DNA of 53,498 bases from Cyanophora paradoxa CCMP329 (Eukaryota; Plantae; Glaucophyta): contig QPMI01000248.1 of the NCBI GenBank assembly GCA_004431415.1, positions 1 to 53,498 on the forward strand, written 5' to 3'. Shown here piece by piece: positions 23,314 to 32,300 of the stretch. Position numbers and translations under genes: made by a program. Positions within the stretch are counted from its first letter, which is position 1. Every line of letters starts with the position of its first letter. Below the pieces are notes generated by a model, which was not told the origin of the DNA, did no database searches, and saw nothing but the letters and a program-made list of their open reading frames with translations.

Positions 23314-25284
23314 ATGGTCAAGTTCGCGAGCATCACCGACGCTATCGGTGAGCCTTTCGCTGCCGCAGTACGCTGCGCGCGTCTCTTCGGCCGACTGTGA
23401 AATCCGCGAACACCAGGCAACACGCCGGTGCTGAGGCTCAATAAGCTCTACAAGGACCGCAAGGTATGGTCGGCTGCATGAGTTTCTAGAACTCGGCGGC
23501 GCGCCGTGGCAGATGGCAGTTATATCTCGCGGATCGGAGGTGTCTGACCTCGCGGCGCGCGCCGCGCACGTTCAGGTCGATGTTTACGTAAAGCTGGAGA
23601 AGCAAAATCCCGGATCTTCAATTAAGGTGCGGCTCCGCATATCTCTCGGAAACGCATGAAACTGACACGGCTCTCTTTCTAGGACCGCATCGGGTGCGCG
23701 CGAGCACACTGTGACAGCTCGTTGCGGTTGGGTGGCGCATCTGACATCGGAGACGGGCGGCCGCAGGCTTGAGATGATCCTCGATGCGGAGAAGAAGGGC
23801 ATCCTCAAGCCCGGCGTCTCTGAGATCATCGAGCCTACCTCCGGTTCGCGGCCCCGCGCCGTTGCCGCCGAGCCCGAGCCCCGCGGCTCTCTGATCGGAC
23901 GCGCTCGCCCCCAGGCAACACTGGCATCGGTGCGCGCCCGGCCGCCCGGCCGCACGGTCCCGGGGCCCGCCTCCGGCGCTTTGGGCCTCACGCGAGCGGC
24001 ACGGGGCAGGCCTGGCGCTGGTGGCGGCGGTGAAGGGCTATCCGATCACGCTGGTGATGCCGGAGTCGATGTCGATCGAGCGGCGGCGGATCATGGTCGC
24101 CTACGGCGCCAAGCTCGAGCTGACGCCCCGCGACAAGGGCATGGGCGGCGCCATCGCCCGCGCCAAGGAGCTCGCCGCCGCCCGCCCCAACGCCTGGATC
24201 CCCCAGCGTGCGCCCCGCCCCGCCCCGCCACCGGCGCCCCTCGCGCCCCCCGGGCCCGAGCGGCGCGGCAGAGTTCGAGAACGAGGCGAACATCGCCGTG
24301 CACGTCCGCGTGCGCACCGCCCCGCCCCGCCGCGCGCGCCCCGCGGCGTGGCTGCGGCGGGGCCGACGCCAGCGCAGACGACGGCGGAGGAGATCATCCG
24401 GGACTTCCCCGGCGGCCTCGACGTCCTCATCACCGGCGTCGGCACCGGCGGCCACATCACCGGTGCCCGAGGCCGGGCCCCGCGCCGGCGGCCCCTTCCG
24501 CAAGCTCGCGCCGCTGACCCCGCCGGGGCGGCGCAGGCTGCGCGAAGGTCCTGAAGGCGAAGTGGCCCAAGCTGAAGGTGTACGCGGTGGAGCCGACGCA
24601 CAGCCCCGTCCTCTCCGGCGGTGCGCGCCCCCCGCCGGCTCCCGGCTCCCGGCTCCCGCGGGGGCGCGCAGCGGTGGTTGACGCGGGGCGCAGGGAAGCC
24701 GGCGCCCCACAAGATCCAGGGGATCGGGGCGGGCTTCGTGCCGAAGAACTGCCACATGGATCTCCTCGACGGGATCATCCAGGCGCGCCCCGCCCCGCCC
24801 CGCCCCGTCCCGCCCCGCCCCGCCCCGCCCCGGCCCTCCTGCTTCTAAGGCGGCGGGGCAGGTGTCGAACGAGGAGGCGTTCGAGTACGCGACGCGGAGC
24901 GCGAAGGAGGAGGGCTGCCTCGTCGGCATCTCCTCGGGGGCCTCCCTGGCGGCCGTCGCCAAGAAGCTGCCCGACATCCCGGACGGGGCCACCGTCCTCA
25001 CCTTCAACTACGACACCGGCGAGCGCTACCTCTCCGTCGACGGCCTCTTCGAGGTCCCCGCCGGTCCGCCCGCCCCGCCCGCCCCGCCCGCCCGCCCCGC
25101 CCGCCCGCCCGGGGCCGCCTTGACGCGCCTGTGGCGGGCCGGGGCAGACGCGGTGAACTACGCGCCCGGCTGCTTCACCGACCCCAAGAACCCGCAGCCG
25201 GCGGCCGGCGCGAGCTCCGGCAAGCCGAGCGCGACGAGCGGCGGCCCGTGCGCCCCCATCGGCGACAAGTGCATCATCTCCTGA
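23314..25284 (+). CDS. cysK: Cysteine synthase A / O-acetylserine(thiol)lyase with C-terminal extension ending in CIIS; 12 introns
   Basis: Motifs [25 protein letters not shown] (PLP lysine), [56 protein letters not shown] and DTGERYLS. Microexons at 23683-23693 (11 nt) and 23915-23929 (15 nt). Confidence 0.97.
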
Positions 25285-25941
25285 GGCCTGAGGGCGCACT
25301 GCCCGCGCAGCGCCCAGATCCCGGCGCGCCTCTGATATCCGATGACCGATATATCGACCACGAATCATTGAATGAAAAGCTGATCACAACGACTGAGCTC
25401 GAGTGAGTGCTGGCCAGCGCCACTGGGCCAGGGGCCGCCGGGCCGGGGCCGCCCCGCCGGGACTCACTGAGTCACGATCAGCCGCCGGGAATCGAACTTC
25501 GATTCGAACCTCGGAACTTGCATGCGCAATTGGAATACCGCTGTCACAGCCGCTGGGCGTTCAACGGTTAACATTTGATCGCAGAGGCGTTTCGAATTCT
25601 TGGGCTCGGAAGCTCGAGCTCGATCACGAGGGCCTCGTTAAAAATCGAAATTCAGATCAGAAATAGCGAGGAAGCCTTGAAGCAGCCGCTTAAGCTTGCA
25701 GCCGCTAAGCAGCGTTAAGCCTGGGTATGGTATTTCGGACGACCTTCAGAGGCGCGCGGCATCTCCAGCGACCGAGCTCGGCATTCCCGACGCATGCGGC
25801 AGCACTTGCGCTGGCGTGACAGGCGCCGAGGACCGCCCGCGCTCGCGTGCAGTTCGAAACGTTCTCTGCAGCGATCGGCCGTTGCGTGAAGGCGGCGCAC
25901 GCAGCTCGACCAGCTCGTCGAGGTGTCCCTAGCTGCAAGCG

Positions 25942-28900
25942 ATGGGCAACACGCACGCAAGGATCGTGGCCCGCCTGCGATCCACGCAGCGCGCCGAAGT
26001 GGAGGAGGCGCTCGCGGCGCTCCCGACGGCCGCGGCGGACCTCGCGGGCCACTTTCCGGAGCTGTGCGCGGCCCTCGCCGACGTCCTGCGGCCGGAGAAG
26101 CCCCCCGAGCTCCGCCGCGTCGTTGCCGCAGGCGAGTGCCGCGCGCCGGCGACGCGCGAGCGCTGACGCTTCCGGCAGGCGTCGGCGCGGCGCTCGCGGC
26201 CCTCCCGGCGGAGGTGACGGGCCAGCGGGGGTTCGCGGCGGCGTTCCACGGGTCGGTGCTGCCGGCCCTCCTGGCCTGCCTCTTCGAGGGGGACGAGGAG
26301 GTCCGCAACGGGGCGGCCGCCTCGCTCTGGAAGCTCGCCGAGGGGCCCGTCGCGGCGAGCTGGCGCGGCCTGCTGGAGGCGTGCCTCGGGCTGCACCCCT
26401 ACGTCGCCCCCCGCCGCCTGCACGCCGAGCGCGAGAGCGACTTCGCCCGCGCCGCCGCCCTCGTCGCCCGCATCGCCGTGCGCGCCCCTCGCCCGCCCGC
26501 CCCGCGCCCCTCACGCCCCCGCCAGGAGGCCGGCCGCGCCACCGCCCCGTCGACTCCACCGCTGCCGGCGCGGGGCGGGGCCGGCGCAGCGCGGCGGCGG
26601 GCGAGCAGGGGCGGGAGGAGGGGGCGGCGACGGGGCGGGGGGGCGGAGGTGGCGGAGGCGCGGCGGCGGGCGGCGCCGGCGCTCCTCGTCGCCATCCTCC
26701 GCTCCCCGGCCGTCGACGCGCCGCTCCTCGGTGCTCCTCCCCGCCCACCCCCGCGCGGCGGCCGCCGGCGGGGCGTGACGGGCGGGCGGCAGCGGCGGCG
26801 ATGCACGAGGCGCGGGCGCTGGTGGGGAGCCCCGCGGGGCTCGCGGCCCTTGCGGCGGCCCCGGCCCTGGACGGCGGGCCGCCCCCGCCCCGCGCCCTCG
26901 CGGAGGCCGCCCTCGCCCTCCTCGCCCGCTTCCCCGGCGACGGGCCCCACGCCGTCCGCCCCGCCCGCCCCCGCCCGGCCCCCGCCGCAGCGCCGCCGAT
27001 GCGGGGCGCAGCTGGCGGGGCGGCGCTGGGGACGCTGCGGGCGCTGCTGGAGGGCGGGGCGGCGGTGGGGCGGCGGGGGCGGGGAGCTGGTGGCGGTGGC
27101 GGGGCGGGTGGCGGCGGGGCGGCCTCGGCGGGGCGCCTGCTGGAGGCTCTCGAGCTGCTCGAGCCGCTCGCCGCCCGCTGCGACGCCGCCGAGCCGCACG
27201 CCCCGCACCTCGTCGCCCTCCTCCTCCGCCTCGCTCTCCCGCTCCGCGCCCCCTCCGCCGCCCCGGCCCCGCCGACCCCGCGTGCGCCCCCTTTCCGCCC
27301 GCCTTCGCGGCTCGCCTCGCGGGGTGGGCTGACGGGGCGCAGGGGCGGGGCGGGGACGAGCTCCTGGGGCGGGCGCTGGGGGCGCTGGCGGCGTGCCTGC
27401 GGTGGCCGGGGGCGGCGGAGCACCGGGGCCCCTCTTCGCCGCCCTCCTCGACGCCCTCACGCACGCCGCCCTCCACGCCGGCCCCGCCCCCGCGCCGCCC
27501 TCCCGCCCGCGCTGCGCGCCCTCCTCCGCCGGGGCGGCCTCGCCTGCGCCCGCGACGTCGCGCGGGCCCTCCTCCTCCAGGCCGCCGCCGCCCTCCAGCC
27601 CCTCCCCGCCCCGCGCCCCCGCCCCCGCCCCCGCCCCGGCCGCCCCGCACCCGGCCCCCGGCGCCCCTTCACCCCGCGCCGCTCGGGCTGGGGCCCGGGC
27701 TTCGGCGACGACGAGGTGGCCGCTTCCCCGGGGCCCCTCTGCGCTGCGAGGTGCCCGCCTCCAGCCCTGCCCGCCGGCCCTCCGCGACGGGGGCTCGAGC
27801 GGTGCGGGCGCAGCGCGGAGGAGGTGCAGCGGGCGGCGGCGCGGCTGCCCTTCGCGGCGCCCGACGCCCGCGACGCGCTCCGGCAGCGCTGCGCCGCCCT
27901 CGGGCCCCTCGCGCGGCGCCCCCTCGCCGAGCTCGCCCCACCGATGATGCCGAGCCCCTCTGGCCCCCCGGCCCCGGCCCCGTCCCGCGCCGGCCCCGCC
28001 CGCCCCCCGCTCCGGCGACGCCGCGCCAGGCCGCCGCGCAGGGGCCCCTGCCGGCGCGCTCGCCCTTCCCTCGCGGTCGCGGCAGGCGGAGGGGCGGAAG
28101 GCGGTGGGGGGCGGGGCGGGGCGAGGGCGGCTGGGGGAGGCGGCGCTGCGGGCGGTGGGGCACTGCGGGAGGTCCTCGGGGCGTTGCTGGAGGGGCGGGG
28201 GAGGCCGGCGGGGCGGCCTGCGGGGAGCTCCTCGCCGCCTTCGGGGAGGAGGTCGAGGCCGCCGAGTGCCCTCTCCTCGCCTCGGCCTACGCCGCCGCCC
28301 TCGCCCAGCTCCTCGCCGACGCGCGCCCCGCCCCGCGCCCCCTCGCCCCCCGCTGACGTGCCGGCAGGCGTCGGAGGAGGGGCGGCGCGGGAGGCGCGCG
28401 GGGCGCGGCGCCTCGAGGCGGAGCTGGAGGCGGTGCGGGGCGAGCTGGCGGCACGCGCCGCCGAGGCCGCCGCCGCCCGCCAGGAGCAGCGCGCCGCCGA
28501 GCAGGTGCCCCCCCCGTCCCGCCCGCGTGTCGGGAGGGCGCGGGGCGACGGGGGCGGGGCGGGGCCAGCGGCTGGAGGCGCTGCTGGAGTCGCTGCGCTG
28601 CGCGGTCTGCCTCGAGTGCTTCCTCGAGCGCGCCCCCGTCGCCCTCCCCTGCTCCCACGTCTTCTGCAGGCCCGCCCCGCCCCGCCCCCGCCCCGCCCCG
28701 CCACCGCGCCCCCGCCCGGCCGCGGGCGCCGGCTGACGGGACCTCGCGCAGGGGGTGCGCGGAGGCGGCGCTGCTGAGCACGAAGCTGGGCCCCCTGGTG
28801 CGCGGCCGGGCGGGGGCGCGCCCCCGCCGGGGGCCCCCCAGAGCCTTACCCCAGGGGGCCCCGCAGGAGAAGGCCCCGACGTGCCCCTCGTGCCGCGCCC

Positions 28901-28968
28901 CCGCCACCCTCCCCGACCTCCGGCCCCTCACCCTCGCCCCGGGCGCCGGCCCCCTCCCCTCCTCCTGA
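25942..28968 (+). CDS. ARM/HEAT-like helical protein with coiled coil and C-terminal C3HC4 RING finger (putative E3 ubiquitin ligase), spliced
   Basis: HEAT-like LPALLACLFEGDEEVRNGAAASLWKL, coiled coil RRLEAELEAVRGELAARAAE, RING LRCAVCLECF...LPCSHVFCRGC...TCPSCR. Internal exon boundaries are uncertain. Confidence 0.78.
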
Positions 28969-29358
28969 CCCCACCGCCGCGGGCGTGGGCGCGCGTGCGT
29001 AGTGGTGTGTATATATTTATCGGTACAGATCTAGAGCCGCTGTGAATAATCCGTCCTACATGTACATGCCGTCCAGCGCTAGCTGGACCTTGTTGGCAGT
29101 GCGAGCTAGGGTCTAACTGGCTAAAACAATTGAAAAATGCACATGAGTGAACGCTGTGAGACAAAAGCAGTGCGAAAAGGAGAATGATAATTCGAAACGA
29201 TCATAAAGAGAAAACCCCCGTAGTATACATTTTCACACTGCCCACAGCTTCAAAATTGGTGCGCCATGCGTCTATGCAAATGAAAGGGCGCGTTGCTGCT
29301 ACGAGAGGCCCGCGGGGCCCAAAAAACAAAGCTACTCGTAAATGTTGATACGTAGCGC

Positions 29359-32300
29359 CTAGCACTGGAGGCGCGTGTTGAACTTCTTGCGGGTCTCGCC
29401 GGTGGGGCCGACGACGACCTTGAGGTTGTTGACGATGCCGGCCGAGTCGCGCACCGTCGGCTGCCCCTCGACGTGCTTCCACTCCCCGTCCACGATGAAC
29501 TTGTAGACGTAGGAGCCGGCGGGGAGGTTCAGCGCGATGATCCAGTCGTCCTCGTGCGCGCCCTGGCCCCGCTCCAGGCTGATCTTCTGCGCCCACGCGT
29601 CCCACGAGCCCGAGATCTGCCAAGCCCATCCCACGTTAGCCAGCCGCCGCCGGCTCGGGGGCGGGGCGTCGGAGCGGGCCTGGACGGTGCGGGCGCGGGT
29701 GTTGTTGAGGAAGAAGACGGCGGGCTGGGGCGGGCGCGGCTCGGGGCCCCTCGCCCGCATCGCCCGCACCTCCTCCAGCGCCTCCGGCGCACCCAGGTCC
29801 TCCTGCGCCGCGGCTCGGGTCCGGGCGGGGAAGCGGAGCGGGGCGGGGGCGGGGCGGGGCGTGCCTCCTTGGGGCGCATGGCGGGGACCTTGCCGCGGAG
29901 GCGGGCGAACTCGGCGTACCACGCCATCGCAACCTCCTCGGCGTCGATGACCGAGGCCCGCGCCCGGGCCCGCAGCGTCGCGTACTGCGCGGGGTCCGCG
30001 AAGACGGCCTGCGCGCGCTTCACCGCGTAGACGAGGTCGCCGTGCGTGTGGGCCTCGAAGGTGAAGCCGTTGCCCTCCTGCGTCGTCGTGTTGTACTCGT
30101 GCACCGTGTCCTTCAGGCCCCCCGTCTTGAACGCGATCACGGGCGTGCCCGCCACGAAGAACTCCTGCTGCACGATGCCGCCGGGCTCGAAGAGCGACGG
30201 CATGAGGCCGAAGTCGGCGCCCAGGTTGACGAGGGGGCCGTCGGTGAAGAACTCGCCGGGGGCGGCCCAGACGGCGTAGGGGTACTTGTGGCGCAGGTAG
30301 TGCAGCTTGTCCGCCACGCCCTTCGAGTACGGGTCGTCGTCCGACGCCTTGCCGCCCTGCCCGCCCCGCCCCGCGTCGGCCCGGGATGGCGGGGGCGGGG
30401 CGGGGGCGGGGCGGGGGCGGACGACGAGGAACTGGACGCGGCCCTGGAAGTGGCCGATGAGCTCCTCGATGGCGTTGGCGATCAGGTGCACGCCCTTCTG
30501 CTCCGTGATGCGCCCCACGAACGCGAAGAGCGGCACCGCCAGGTCCGGCTCCCCGTACCCGAAGTAGCGCGTCTGCAGGATGCCCTTGGCCACGTTGTGG
30601 TCGCTCCCCACCTTCTCCCGCATGATCCGCTCCCGCTCCTTGACGGGGATGCCGTTGGGGAAGCCGAACGGCTGCGCGTGGTTCCGCAGGAGGCCGCTGA
30701 GGGGGCTCGAGCGGAGGAGGTCCTCGCGGTAGGAGCGCGAGACGGTGCCCCACTGGCACGAGGCGAGGATGGCGCAGCGCGAGGGGTTCAGGATGATGCG
30801 CTCCCACGAGGTGTCGCACATGAGGTACGTCGGCAGCCGGTGCACTTGGTCCATCGTGCCCTCCTCCTCCTTCGGGTAGAAGCGCCCTGCCCCGCCCCGT
30901 TGGCGGGCGCCGGCGGGGCGGGGGCGACGCGGGGCGGGGGGCGGCGGGGCGGGGCGGACCCTCGTAGCTGGGGTCGAGGTTGTGGACGATGTGCATGAAG
31001 CTCGTCCCGTTAAAGTAGGTCCCGAAGTGCCCGTGCTTCGCGTACGCCGCCGTCAGCCCCGTGAACCAGTCTGCAAGGGCGCCCGTGTGAGCGGCTCGGC
31101 GGCCGGCAGAGGGGGCGGGCGGGGGCGGCGGGGGCGCGCGCCGTTGGAGCAGACGACAGCGGGGTGGATGCCGTAGGCGCAGAGGACCTCGAGCGCGCCC
31201 TTCGCCATGACTGCCCCCGGCGTCGGCGACGCGACGCGGGGGGGCGGGGCGGGGCGGGGCGGGTTGCGGACAGGCGAGCTGCTTGGTGCGGTACTCGGCG
31301 GAGGCGTTGTGCTGGTTGTAGGCGAAGGGGAAATAGACGTGGTTGTGCATGAAGAAGAGCCGCACGCTGCCGCCACGTCAGCCGCCGGCGATGCGCAATG
31401 CAGCGGGGCGGCGGGGGCGGCGGGTGGGGCCGGGGCGGTGCGGGGCGGGGTGGGGGGCGGACCCCTTGACGGTGCCCTCGTGGACGCCGGCCTCGATGCG
31501 CTCGCCGCCGATCTCCGCCGCGATGGTCTTCGAGTAGGCGATGCCGTCCCCCTTGAGGTAGTCGCTCTCCCCCTTGCGGTTCCGGTTGTAGTAGGGGCTC
31601 ACGACGTAGACGTCGGCGCCCATCTCGGCGAGCGTCACCGAAAGCTCGTCCACCATCACGCCGAGGCCGCCCACCGTCGACCACTTGCCCAGCTCCGGCG
31701 TCACGAACACTGCGCAAACGCCGCCTCAGCGCCAGCGCGGGGCCAAGTGAGCGGCGGGGCCGGGGGCGGGGGGCACCGATGGGCCCGAGGGAGTTGACGC
31801 TGTGGAGCTCGCGGGCGAGGTCGAAGGCCGTCAGCGTCTGCCCCAGCGTCAGGCCGGCGCCGGGAGGGCTGGGGGCGGGGGGGCGGGCGGGGCGGACGCC
31901 GTCGTCGGGGAGGTCGGGCCCCTCGCCGTCCACGCGGCAGAGGGCCGTCACGTACGCCGAGTAGGTCGCCAGCAGCGCCGGGCCGTCGCCCTTGCGCCGC
32001 GAGATCATCTCCACCGCCGCCTTCACCAGCGGCAGCACCTCGATCACCTCCCCCGTCGGCCACCCGTCCGAAGACGCCCGCAGCGGCACCTGCCCGCACT
32101 GCGCCCCCGGCCGTGAGCGGCGGAATGGGGCCGGGGGCGGGGGCGGGGGCGCCTTCTGGGCGAGGGCGTCGAGCCACTTGGCGAAGGCGCGGACGTCCTT
32201 CCTCGCGAGGGCGAGGCGCAGGGTCGCGTAGACGTGGTTGTGCGAGTCCTCCGTCTCCGTGTCGATCGCCACGCGCAGCCGCCGCACCGACGAGTGCAGC

